A DNA stretch of 40,234 nucleotides. Source: an uncultured Chloracidobacterium sp. GTDB lineage: Bacteria > Acidobacteriota > Blastocatellia > Pyrinomonadales > Pyrinomonadaceae. Both the position numbers and the translations under genes were made by a program. Positions 1 to 9,900 of the stretch are shown here, piece by piece. Under the pieces are notes generated by a model. The model saw nothing but the letters and a program-made list of their open reading frames with translations. It had not been told where the DNA came from and ran no database searches. Within the stretch, counting starts at the first letter, position 1. Every line of letters starts with the position of its first letter. The DNA lies in NCBI GenBank assembly GCA_964636445.1, contig CAZWSK010000003.1:1-40234 (forward strand). Reading direction: 5' to 3'.

Positions 1-1017
1 CGAACCGTGCCCGGCGAGGTCATTGGACCGGGGCACAACTCGATCGTCCTTGGCCCCAACAACCGCGAACTTTATTGTGTTTATCACCGCTGGACCGACG
101 ATGGCCGCGTGATGGCGATCGACAGGATGGACGTCGTTGGAGATCGGCTTTTTGTACGGGGGCCGACGAACCGTCCTCAGCCGGCGCCATTTAAGCCTCA
201 ACGCCGCGGCGTGACATCGCTCGAACACACGATCGTTACGCCTCCGAGCTTTCTGCTCGACCTCTCGGTTCGGTGCACTGTTGCCGGCGGAGACTTTGGT
301 CTGATCCTGAACGACGGCGAACTTAACATGTCGCTTATCGATGAACTGCCGAACGGTCTCGATCCATCCGTATTTCACGACTTCAGGATCGAGGTCGACA
401 GCAGACGAGTCGCCGTAAGCATCGACGGCTGGTTCAGGTCCGCCGAAGAGTTACTTGACCGGGAAGCCGCGAGTTTTCGCTTCTACGAAAACGGCGCCGA
501 TGTCGAGCTCGGACATGTCAGCCTCACCGGTGGTTTCGAGGACCTGTTTGACGGAGACGCGGGTTCCGAGGAGCAGCGCGGCTGGAGCTTCAACGGTCGG
601 GGAGACGCGAGCATAGCCGACGGTATGATCGGACTGAACAGCCCAGCCGGAGAAACCGTCATGAGCCGTGAAATGCGGTTTGGTGCGATCGACCTGGCGG
701 CAAATTTGAAGAGGACAGCCTGCGGCGCATTCGGCGTACGGCTCCTTGCCGACGATGGCGTCGCGGCAGAACTGTCGATCAGCGATGTAGTTCAACTCTC
801 CGTCGGGCCCTTGGATCAAACGTTTCCTCTGCCAACGGGATGGACGCCGGATGAGCTTCATCAGTACGAGCTGATGTCGGTGGATGGACGCCTCACGGTC
901 TATCTCGAGGATCTCGAACTTGCCAGTCTCCCTTTCGACGGGCGGACCGTCAGGCCGGCGATCTTTTGCCGGGAGGGCTCGATCACTGTCGAAATGGTGC
1001 GGGCGACGGCTATTTGA
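1..1017 (+). CDS. Glycoside hydrolase family 43-like protein, C-terminal part (5' end outside the window), with a ~270-aa C-terminal beta-sandwich-like region
   Basis: Frame 1 is open from nt 1. Visible residues GPGHNSIVLGP..ELYCVYHRW resemble the last propeller blade of GH43 enzymes. Stop TGA at 1015-1017. Confidence 0.5.
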   Translation, partial: RTVPGEVIGPGHNSIVLGPNNRELYCVYHRWTDDGRVMAIDRMDVVGDRLFVRGPTNRPQPAPFKPQRRGVTSLEHTIVTPPSFLLDLSVRCTVAGGDFGLILNDGELNMSLIDELPNGLDPSVFHDFRIEVDSRRVAVSIDGWFRSAEELLDREAASFRFYENGADVELGHVSLTGGFEDLFDGDAGSEEQRGWSFNGRGDASIADGMIGLNSPAGETVMSREMRFGAIDLAANLKRTACGAFGVRLLADDGVAAELSISDVVQLSVGPLDQTFPLPTGWTPDELHQYELMSVDGRLTVYLEDLELASLPFDGRTVRPAIFCREGSITVEMVRATAI

Positions 1018-1113
1018 GCACGGGCGTTTGAAAAATCTTCGCCGCGAATCTATATTCGAAACTTCGGACACACTCCCCGTCCGTCAGATCGCATTCAACG
1101 AGCTAGGCCGTTC

Positions 1114-2403
1114 ATGGATCCCATAAAATCCTACTTGCAGCCTGAGAAATTCCTCTGGGCTGCGGGTATCGAAAATACTTTTGTACCTCAGGAGAAGAAG
1201 GGCCATCGTGCGCTTGATGAGTACGAATTGGTGGGCCACTACACGCATTGGCGTGAAGACCTGGCCCTGTGCAAAGAGTTGGGGCTAAAGGCTTTACGGT
1301 GGGGAATTCCGTGGTACAAGGTCGAGCCGGAACAGGGCCGGTTCGACTGGAGATGGACCGATGAGGTTATCCCGCACCTCGTGAATGACCTAAAAATTGA
1401 GCCGATCATCGACTTGATGCATTACGGCTGTCCGTTCTGGCTTAAGCGGGAATTTGCGAGTCCCTCATATCCGTCGCGGGTCGCCGAGTATTCGTTCGCC
1501 TTCGCCGAAAGGTATCGCGACCTTGTCAAGTGGTACACGCCGCTCAACGAACCGATCATCAATGCCCTGATGTGCGGCATGCGTGGACTTTGGCCGCCCT
1601 ACTTGAAGGGCGATAGCGGATACATCCGCATACTTCTGCAACTCGCCCGCGGCATCATCCGCACCGTGAACGCGATACGCGACGTAGACCCAACTTCAGT
1701 GATGTTCCATGTCGAGGCAACCGGTATGACGCGGACCAGCCGCGACGACCTCGCTGTGCTCGCGCATGAGGAAAAGCATCGGGGCTTCGTTTGCTATGAC
1801 CTCATCTCCGGCCGGATCGGGCATGATCATCTCCTGTTTCCCTGGCTCGTCCGCAATGGAGCGTCACCGGACGATCTCGACCAGCTGGCGGCAGAGGCCA
1901 TAGACCTCGATGTCCTGGGAATGAACTTCTATCCGCAATGGTCGACGAAGTTGATGTATATCGACAAGCGAGGCCGATTGGCGTTTAGCGAGACCGAGCC
2001 GGAGGGCGGCGGATTCATGGAGTTGATCACCGATTACCATGACCGCTATGGCGTCCCCATAATGATCACCGAAACGAGCGCCATCGGCAGCGATGAGATC
2101 CGCGAGCAGTGGCTCGACTCGTCGGTCGCGATGATCAAGACAATGCGGGGAAACGGGGTTCCGATAATCGGCTACACGTGGTTTCCGCTATTTACGATGA
2201 TCGATTGGCGGTATCGATTCGGGAACGATCCGTTGGAAAATTATTACCTAGAACTCGGACTCTATCAAATAAACCGCGAGGGGAACGTGCCGAGATGGAT
2301 CCCGACACACCTTGTCGATAAACTACAGCTATTCGTCGCGGAACCTGAGAAAGCGATCGGCACATTTCACAGCGCGACCTCGGAAGCCCCGTCGGCTGCC
2401 TGA
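1114..2403 (+). CDS. Glycoside hydrolase family 1-like (clan GH-A) enzyme, 429 aa
   Basis: Acid/base-type motif TPLNEPI and nucleophile-type motif MITETS (GH1 has NEP and I/VTENG). (beta/alpha)8-like length. No signal peptide. Confidence 0.65.
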   Translation: MDPIKSYLQPEKFLWAAGIENTFVPQEKKGHRALDEYELVGHYTHWREDLALCKELGLKALRWGIPWYKVEPEQGRFDWRWTDEVIPHLVNDLKIEPIIDLMHYGCPFWLKREFASPSYPSRVAEYSFAFAERYRDLVKWYTPLNEPIINALMCGMRGLWPPYLKGDSGYIRILLQLARGIIRTVNAIRDVDPTSVMFHVEATGMTRTSRDDLAVLAHEEKHRGFVCYDLISGRIGHDHLLFPWLVRNGASPDDLDQLAAEAIDLDVLGMNFYPQWSTKLMYIDKRGRLAFSETEPEGGGFMELITDYHDRYGVPIMITETSAIGSDEIREQWLDSSVAMIKTMRGNGVPIIGYTWFPLFTMIDWRYRFGNDPLENYYLELGLYQINREGNVPRWIPTHLVDKLQLFVAEPEKAIGTFHSATSEAPSAA

Positions 2404-3536
2404 AACACAAAGATCTCGGGCTCCCTTCCATATTTATTTTCAAATGTCCGGTTTACGGTATCTGTGAATGGATGGAAAGCGTCCGCCCGCAGAAGATTGA
2501 CCGTGCAGCCTCCAAATCCGCCGCCGGTCATTCTCGCTCCATAAACTCCCGAAACGCCCATCGCCGCGTCGACCAGTAGGTCCAGTTCGTCACAGCTGAC
2601 CTCGTAATCGTCTCGTAACGACCTATGCGAGGCCAGCATATGCCGACCGGCGTCCGCTAAGTCGCCGCGCTTAAAGGCGACGGCACCGTGGACGGTGCGC
2701 TCATTCTCGGTAACGACATGCCGGCAGCGGCGATACACGATCTCTGGTATTTCGGAGGCAAAATGGCTCAGGTCGAAGAGCGATAGGTCGCGCAGGGACG
2801 TGACGGCCGGGAGGCTTTTCGAGATGATCTCGACGCCCTTCTCGCACTGCTCGCGGCGAAGATTGTACTCGCTGGAGGCGAGTGAGTGCTTAACGCCCGA
2901 GTCACACAGAGCGATAACCGTCTCTTCGCCGGGAAGCGGCACGTACCGCCTCTCAAGCGAGCGGCAATCGAGAAGCATTGCGTGCCCGCGCCGGCCAAAA
3001 ACAGCCGTGAACTGGTCCATTATCCCCGAACGTATCCCGACGACCTCGTTCTCGCCCCGCTGGGCGGCGAATGCCAGCTGCTCTGGATCCGCCTTTATTT
3101 CGGCGAGCGAAAGCAGTGCAAATCCGAGGCTCACTGACATCGCGGCAGACGAAGACAGCCCGGCCCCGACTGGCACGTTTGAAGTGAAGAGCAGATCCGC
3201 TCCGGACCCAAGGCCGAACGAATCGCGCACCGAGAATATGATCCCGGCGGCGTGGTCTTGCCACGAACCTGTCCGGGCGGGTGGCGGCCCGTTTAGGTCG
3301 AAGGTCGCGTTGCCGTCTACGTCTACGGCTGCCACGGTCACCGTCGAATCTTGACGGGTGCGGCCAATAGTTAGCGAGTCGCGATCGATCGCGAAGGGCA
3401 TCACCAGCCCATCGTTATAGTCAGTATGTTCGCCGATCAGGTTGACACGCCCGGGGGCACGAAACACTCGGCCCTCGCCGCCGAAGCGTAAACGGAATTC
3501 TCGAGTAGCCGTTTCGACCTGGCTGTTTACTTCCAT
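2367..3536 (-). CDS. galK: Galactokinase
   Basis: Galactokinase signature GRVNLIGEHTDYNDG near the N-terminus. GHMP-kinase ATP motif PVGAGLSSSAA. Its start overlaps the galT stop by 10 nt. Confidence 0.93.
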   Translation of the reverse strand: MEVNSQVETATREFRLRFGGEGRVFRAPGRVNLIGEHTDYNDGLVMPFAIDRDSLTIGRTRQDSTVTVAAVDVDGNATFDLNGPPPARTGSWQDHAAGIIFSVRDSFGLGSGADLLFTSNVPVGAGLSSSAAMSVSLGFALLSLAEIKADPEQLAFAAQRGENEVVGIRSGIMDQFTAVFGRRGHAMLLDCRSLERRYVPLPGEETVIALCDSGVKHSLASSEYNLRREQCEKGVEIISKSLPAVTSLRDLSLFDLSHFASEIPEIVYRRCRHVVTENERTVHGAVAFKRGDLADAGRHMLASHRSLRDDYEVSCDELDLLVDAAMGVSGVYGARMTGGGFGGCTVNLLRADAFHPFTDTVNRTFENKYGREPEIFVFQAADGASEVAL

Positions 3537-4516
3537 CGTACAGGTTCGACTAGAGCCCGCAGCTCGGCGGCTTTCTCCTCGGGGAGCGTATCGTTGATGA
3601 ACATTCCGGCGCCGACCTCGCTACCGGCGAGGTATTTCAGCTTCCCGGCCGTTCGCATCGGCGGGTAGAACTCGATGTGGAAGTGGTAATGCCCGTACTC
3701 GCCGCCGTCCGATGGCGACTGATGCAGGACCATTATGTACGGGAACGACCGGTCGAAAACACGGTCGTACGCCGATAACACCAGCTTCAATATCTCTGCC
3801 AGCGCCCGCTCGTCGCGCGACGTAAAGTCCGCGAGCGAACCGAGATGACGGCGCGAGGCGATGTGGACCTCGTACGGATAACGGGCAAAAAAAGGAATGT
3901 ATGCTGCAAACGTATCATTCGCCGCTATGACCCGGTCGCCGGCCGCCTCTTCCTTGGCCACGATGTCGCAAAGGAGGCATCGCCCGGTCGACTCATAATG
4001 CCGGCGCGACTGCTCCAATTCACGAAGTACGATCGGCGGGACGAACGGATATGCGTAGATCTGCCCATGAGGATGGTGCAGGGTGACGCCCACGGCCTCG
4101 CCTTTGTTCTCGAAAATGAAGACGTACTTTACAAAATCATGAGCTGAAAGCTCTTCGTATCTGTGCCGCCAAACTTTGACGAGCTTGTATATCTGTTCGA
4201 CGGGCTCCGCGGCGAGGGTCGTGTTGTGATCAGGCGAATAGAGCACGACCTCGCATACGCCTTGAGAATGCCTGACATCGTAAATGCCGTCTGCGCCGAT
4301 CGCCGGTTGCTCGGGTTCGATCCTCAGGCTGGGAAACAGATTCTCAAACGCGACGAGATCGTAATCGGGCTCCGGAACTTCTGTGGGAAAGGCCTCGGGC
4401 CCGCGTGTCGGGCACAACGGGCAGAAATCCGCCGGCGGCAGAAATGTCCGGTCCTGACGGCGTGTCGCGGTTGCGAGCCACTCACCGAGAAGCGGATTGA
4501 AGCGGAGCTCAGACAT
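3527..4516 (-). CDS. galT: Galactose-1-phosphate uridylyltransferase (HIT superfamily)
   Basis: Active-site HPHGQIYAYPF (His-x-His-x-Gln). Zn-site-like PPADFCPLCP. N-terminal NPLLGEW motif. 329 aa, translationally coupled to galK. Confidence 0.92.
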   Translation of the reverse strand: MSELRFNPLLGEWLATATRRQDRTFLPPADFCPLCPTRGPEAFPTEVPEPDYDLVAFENLFPSLRIEPEQPAIGADGIYDVRHSQGVCEVVLYSPDHNTTLAAEPVEQIYKLVKVWRHRYEELSAHDFVKYVFIFENKGEAVGVTLHHPHGQIYAYPFVPPIVLRELEQSRRHYESTGRCLLCDIVAKEEAAGDRVIAANDTFAAYIPFFARYPYEVHIASRRHLGSLADFTSRDERALAEILKLVLSAYDRVFDRSFPYIMVLHQSPSDGGEYGHYHFHIEFYPPMRTAGKLKYLAGSEVGAGMFINDTLPEEKAAELRALVEPVRWK

Positions 4517-4667
4517 CGCTTTCCTTGTCAGCCGAGTCCTCGCCGTCCGGCTTTCGGAAGGTGAAGAAGATCATGTAACGGCCGTCCTTCATCGTAATGC
4601 GGCGTGGGACTATCTTCAGTTCGACATCGCCGTCCGACGTCTCAGATATATGCGTCTCGATTTCCAT
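4509..4667 (-). CDS. 52-aa ORF resembling the N-terminal extension of long-form GalT. It is either a separate small protein or a frameshifted 5' part of galT.
   Basis: Hand-translated as MEIETHISETSDGDVELKIVPRRITMKDGRYMIFFTFRKPDGEDSADKESDV (below the ORF-track cutoff). Its stop TGA (4511-4509) overlaps the galT ATG (4516-4514) in the string ATGTCTGA. No clear Shine-Dalgarno. Confidence 0.4.
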   Translation of the reverse strand: MEIETHISETSDGDVELKIVPRRITMKDGRYMIFFTFRKPDGEDSADKESDV

Positions 4668-4678
4668 CTGATCTTACA

Positions 4679-4703
4679 AAACGCGGGCATTGCGCCCGCG
4701 TTT
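4679..4703 (-). terminator. Rho-independent terminator-like hairpin, or a leader attenuator
   Basis: Perfect 10-bp stem AAACGCGGGC/GCCCGCGTTT (4679-4688 and 4694-4703) with a 5-nt loop. On the minus-strand RNA the GC stem is followed by UUUUGUAAGAU. Confidence 0.55.
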
Positions 4704-4921
4704 CGATATTAATGAACGCGGCTCCGGAGTCGCGAATGTTCTAGAGCATCCCTTGGCGAGCATGCTCGGCACGTGCAGCTTGGATCGCCGTCTTCACGAG
4801 CGGACAGTTCCTTCCACCCTTTTTTCATTAAATAAGAGATCCTCCGTTCAGGGAAAATATTCGCACGTGAGGAAAGCCGTGAAAGTAGCGGGGAATACGT
4901 AATTTCTCCCGTTGAGGATGA

Positions 4922-6838
4922 CTAAACAACTTGGTTTTCGGATCTTTGCTCGATCGGAATACGAGCGATCACGGTCGTGCCCTGTCCAGGCTCGCTCTCG
5001 ATCTCAAGGCTTCCGTTCAAGAGCGCGGTCCGTTCGCGCATGCCGGCAAGCCCGAGGCCTCTTGGGCCTGCGCCTGCAGTGCTGTCGGGATCGAAGCCCT
5101 GGCCGTCATCCTCGATGATCATCGTCAAATGATCTTTGCGGTGATGCAGCAGTAGATTCACTTTGCCGGCGTGGGCGTGTTTAAGGATGTTGTTCAGCCC
5201 CTCTTGGGCAATGCGGTATAGGTTCGTTTCAACGAGCATGGGAGCCCGGCCGTTTCCGTCTTGGCCTGTATCTATGTGCGCCTGAAAGTCGGCGGCGATG
5301 CCGTATTGCCCCGACCACTCGCGCACAAAGCTTCCGAGCGCATTTACCAGCCCGAGATTCTCAAGCTCGGTCGGCCTGAGTTCCCAAGACAGAAAGCCGA
5401 TGTCCCGGTCGATCATTTGAGCCGCCTCTTGGACGTGCTCGAGTGCGTCGGCCATGTCGGCGTTGTCGCCGCACTTTTCCATCAGCATCTCGACGTCTAT
5501 CCGCAGTCCCGTCATCTGTTGGCCCAGATGGTCGTGCAGATCGCGGGCGATGCGCTGCCGTTCCGATTCTTGCGCGTCGACGATGCGCTGCATTATCTCG
5601 GCCTCTCGTCGGGCCTTCTCAGCCATCCTTTGTTCTGTGACGTCTGAAAATACCAAAACCACCCCTCGCACGTCATCGCCGTCCTTGATGGGTGCGGCCG
5701 TATCGGCGATCGGGACCTGCTTGCCGTCGCGGCGTGTGAGAACAGAATGGTTCGCTAATGCGACGACGGATCCCGATTCCAGGACCCTCTCAACGGGGTT
5801 TAGAACCGCTTCTCCCGTGAGTTCATTGGCGACGTGGAAAATATCACCGAGCTTCCGGCCGATCGCATCGGCCTCAGTCCAGTCGGTCAACCTTTCGGCG
5901 ACCGGATTCATGAAGCTGACATTTCCCGAACTGTCGGTGGCGATCACGCCGTCACCGATGCTCGAGAGTGTCGTCTTCAGCCAGCTCCGCTGCTCACGGG
6001 TCGCCTCTTCGGCCTTTAACCTTGCGGCCGCCTCTGCGACGACGTTTGCGATCGCCCGAAGGAAGTTGAGGTCGTCCTCGGTAAATTCTCTGTGGGTTCT
6101 CGAGAAGGCTCCCAGCACACCATAAAGCCCATCGCGATGCATGATCCGTACACCAGCTGCACCTCGCGCATCTTCTTTTCTTATGATGGCCGACGCCTGG
6201 AATTTTACTTCTTTCGTGAGATCGGAGGTCGCTGCCTCACCGGTCTCGATCACCTGCCGGGCGAAAGAGCTGTCGTTCCTAAGATCAAATTTTTGCCCAA
6301 TGATCCCCTGGTCGAGGCCGCTTACCGAAGCGAAGCACAGCATTTCGGGCTCCTTGTCGACGGGCAGGCAGATCGACGTGAAGTCTGCCTCGAGGGTCTC
6401 GCGAGTGACCTCGCTCGCCATCGGGAGCAGGGCGCTCAGCGGCAGGGCGCCGAGTGCGCTCTGGCCGAGCTTGGCCACCGCGGCCTGCTGGCGCGCGCGC
6501 GTTTTTAGCCGGCGCTCGGCATAGCCGCGCGACGCCGCCAGAATGGCGACAACGGTCAGGACAAGCAGGCGGGCAAAATGGGCCCCAAAGTTACCCAGTT
6601 GATATGGTGTGTCGTCAAAAAGCAGGTCGATCGACAGATCAATGAGCACCGCGACCAGAATGCCGGGAACCCGCCCGGCGTACCACGCGGCCCCGACAAG
6701 AGCGAGCAGCAGGACCGGAGTCGGATTAAGCGAGAAGAAAAGCCGTGCCAAGATCGTAAGCGCAAGAGCCGCTGCAAGCACCAGCAGTGCGAAGCAATAG
6801 CGCATTAGGAATCCCTGCTGTCGCATTGGTTTTGCCAT
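4922..6838 (-). CDS. Sensor histidine kinase (membrane sensor domain, GAF, PAS, HisKA_3, HATPase_c), with no adjacent response regulator
   Basis: Four N-terminal TM helices. PAS-like SWLKTTLSSIGDGVIATD. HisKA_3 H-box ARDLHDHLGQ. ATPase boxes EGLNNILKHA, DDGQGF and GLGLAGMRER. Confidence 0.9.
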   Translation of the reverse strand: MAKPMRQQGFLMRYCFALLVLAAALALTILARLFFSLNPTPVLLLALVGAAWYAGRVPGILVAVLIDLSIDLLFDDTPYQLGNFGAHFARLLVLTVVAILAASRGYAERRLKTRARQQAAVAKLGQSALGALPLSALLPMASEVTRETLEADFTSICLPVDKEPEMLCFASVSGLDQGIIGQKFDLRNDSSFARQVIETGEAATSDLTKEVKFQASAIIRKEDARGAAGVRIMHRDGLYGVLGAFSRTHREFTEDDLNFLRAIANVVAEAAARLKAEEATREQRSWLKTTLSSIGDGVIATDSSGNVSFMNPVAERLTDWTEADAIGRKLGDIFHVANELTGEAVLNPVERVLESGSVVALANHSVLTRRDGKQVPIADTAAPIKDGDDVRGVVLVFSDVTEQRMAEKARREAEIMQRIVDAQESERQRIARDLHDHLGQQMTGLRIDVEMLMEKCGDNADMADALEHVQEAAQMIDRDIGFLSWELRPTELENLGLVNALGSFVREWSGQYGIAADFQAHIDTGQDGNGRAPMLVETNLYRIAQEGLNNILKHAHAGKVNLLLHHRKDHLTMIIEDDGQGFDPDSTAGAGPRGLGLAGMRERTALLNGSLEIESEPGQGTTVIARIPIEQRSENQVV

Positions 6839-6946
6839 TTCTTACGCTGGACCAGGAAGGGAGACGGGCTGAAAGACCATTCTCAACCTGCAACCGCATA
6901 CCTAGTGTAAGGAAGGATACATTAATACCTACAAACGGCACCTACG

Positions 6947-9900
6947 ATGAACTCATCTTCCCAACAGTTCGAAAATATGCTGAAACTCCGCTCAAAAGAC
7001 GATAGGGCGATCGTGTCAGTCTGGCTAGCCGTAATGGCCTGCCTCTTTGCGTTTTCGACGACGACTACAACCCGCGCGCAAAACTATCGAGCCACGATCC
7101 GGGGCCGCGTCGTCGACACCGCGGGACGAATGATTCCTGGAGCACGCGTCAAGATCACCGACCGGGACAGCAGCGAAAGCCGCGAGACCACGTCAGACGC
7201 TGACGGGAGCTACGCGATATCTGGCCTGCCCCCGGGCCGCTATTCGCTCTCGACCGAGCTCCCGGGCTTTCGCCGTTTTCAGGTGATGGAACTGACGGTA
7301 GAGGTTGACCAAACGCTGCAGATCGATGTGACGCTGGCGCCGGGCGGTGTTACGGCTGAGGTCCTTGTCCAGGATGAGCCTGGGACGATCGATACGCAGA
7401 CCGGCTCGCTGGGCGAAGTCATTACGAACCGCGAGATAGTCGATATACCTTTGAACGATCGCAATTACCTGAACCTCGCGGTCTTGAGTCCGGGGGTTGT
7501 ACCCGCCGCGTCCGGGGCAAATCCGAATAATATAAATGGCGGACGATCGGACCACGTTCATTACCGTGTCGACGGAATTGCAAATATGAACCGACGGGGT
7601 AACGAGCCTGTCGGCGCGCCGTCTATCGATGCGATACAGGAATTCAAGATCGCGACGAATAACTACTCGGCCGAGTCAGGGCATCTCGGCGGCGCGGTCA
7701 TCTCGGTCGCGGTAAAGCAGGGAGGCGATCGACTTCACGGGTCCCTATTCGAGTTCAATCGTGACGATCGCTTTGACGCGCGTAGCTTTTTTGACCAGGA
7801 CAAGCTGGAGCTGTCCAGGAACCAATTCGGTGGGACTTTGACCGGGCCTCTACTGCGCGGGCGGACGTTCTTTACGGCGAGTTACGAAGGATCAAGGCAT
7901 CGGCAGGGCGAAACGCGGGTGACGCGTGTCCCGACGCTTAATGAGCGAATGGGGATTTTCGCGACGCCCGTGCGCGATCCATTCACCGGCCAGCCGTTTC
8001 CGAACAACACGATCACGCCCTCGCTTCTGAGCCCGATCGCGATGACGCTCGCAAGCCTTTATCCGCTGCCGAATCGTTCCGGAGTGCTGAATTTGGCGAC
8101 GAGCGCGACGAATGAGTACAAGCAGGACAATTTTCTTGTAAAGCTCAACCATCGGTTTAACGATAGTAATTGGCTCACGGGCACGGGGATGGCTGACCGC
8201 GGCGACACTTCGCTGCCGTTTCGATCGACATCGCTGCCGGGCTTCGGTTCTACTCGCGAGACACGGCGGCAGTTTTGGGGGACCACTTGGACCAGTATCA
8301 TCGGCCCGAAGCTGATCAATGAGGCGAGGTTCGGATTCACTCACGATAGGTTTGGGGAGGCTTCGGTCAATTTCGGCAAGAATACCTCCGCCGAGATCGG
8401 GATCACCGGTACGACGGGCGGCCGCGGACTGGCGGCGATCGTGATCGCCGGTTTTCCGGAGTTAGGTGACGCAACCTTTCTCCCCGACGAGTGGCATGAC
8501 GATGGATATTCGATCTCGGAGACTGTGACGCTGCTCCGCGGCCGGCATAACGTGCGCATTGGGGGCGACGTCCAGGTCTCGAGGTTGTCAAACCTGTTTG
8601 CCGCCTTCGAAGGCGGGCAGATCGCTTTCACGGGCAGCTTTTCGCAGAATCCGTTCGCCGATTTTCTCCTCGGGCTCCCTGTACAGACACAGCGGCAAGT
8701 CGGCAGCAACCTGAGCAGACTGCGGAGCAGTTCATACGGTATCTTCGTCCAGGACGACTGGCAGGTGGGCAGCAGGCTGACGCTGAATCTAGGCCTTCGC
8801 TATGACCTGAGCAAACCCGCGGTCGAAGAGGACGACCGCTGGGCGAATTTTATTATCGCTGAGCGCCGGCTTGTGGCCGCCGGTACGGAGGGATTTCCGC
8901 GGGCTATGGTCCGGACAGATGGAAATAACTTCTCGCCGCGTATCGGCATCGCGTATCGGCCGTTTGCGAATGACCGCACTGTGATCCGCGCCGGTTACGG
9001 CGTTTTTCATAGTTTTGACCTGCAGTTCACGCAATATCAGATCATGGGAGCGAGCGCGTTCCCATTTACTCAGCTTGAGTTGTTTCAGGCGACGGCCATT
9101 GGGAACCCTAGCCTTTCGATCCCGTTCCCGAACCGTCCCGGGATCACGCCGGGGGCGTTGAGCCCGAATGGCTGGGACTTTGAGAACCCGACGCCCTACA
9201 CGCAAGTTTGGAGCGTGACATTCGGGCAAGAGCTTCCCGGTGGCGTTGCAGCCGAGATCAGTTATGTGGGCAGCAAGGGAACACACCTGTCATCAACGGC
9301 GAATATCAATCAGACGATCAGGACGCCGACCGGCAACATCGTCCCGTTCCCGGGCTTTGGCCGGATCCTTTTTCAGCGGTTGGCGGCAAGTTCGAATTAC
9401 GACGCACTGCAGATCTCCGTCAACCGCCGTTTTCGCCAGGGTCTTGCTTTCCGCTCGGCCTTTACATGGTCAAAGTCGACAGACAACGCGTCATTCGGCT
9501 CGCCGGCACGGCTGCCGCAGGACCCGAACGACCTCGCCGCCGAGCGCGGCCTGTCGGAATTCGACCGCCGCCGCGTGTGGAACAGCGACGTGATCTATGA
9601 GCTGCCCATCGGCCGCGGAAGTCGGTTCGCTGCTAACGCCGGCTCGTTTGCGAACGTTCTCATCGGCGGCTGGCAGGTGAGCGCGATCATCCAGCTCTAC
9701 GACGGACGTCCATTTACGCCGGTCGTGTCGACGGCGAACGCACAGCAGGGCTTCGCGACGCGGCCTGACCGCATCGCGTCGGGAGTGCTCGAAAACCCGA
9801 CGATCTCACGATGGTTCGACCCGACCGCGTTTGTCGTCGTCCCGGCGAATCAGTTCCATTTTGGCAATTCGGGCCGCAACATTCTGATCGGACCAGGCAT

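Noticed and set aside
451-1071. Long opposite-strand or off-frame ORFs inside confident genes. Examples: 451-1071(-), 2695-3354(+), 5454-6125(+), 6092-6524(+), 8341-8709(-), 16712-17161(-), 21140-21655(+), 22328-22946(+), 23903-24652(+), 26216-26716(+), 27614-28159(+), 32958-33509(+), 33273-33755(-), 34792-35274(-), 38916-39491(+), 39341-39820(+).
   Set aside because: These are typical shadow ORFs of a GC-rich genome. Their compositions are Arg/Ser/Pro/Ala-rich and low in complexity, and no motifs are recognisable. Each overlaps a gene with strong family signatures on the other strand or frame.
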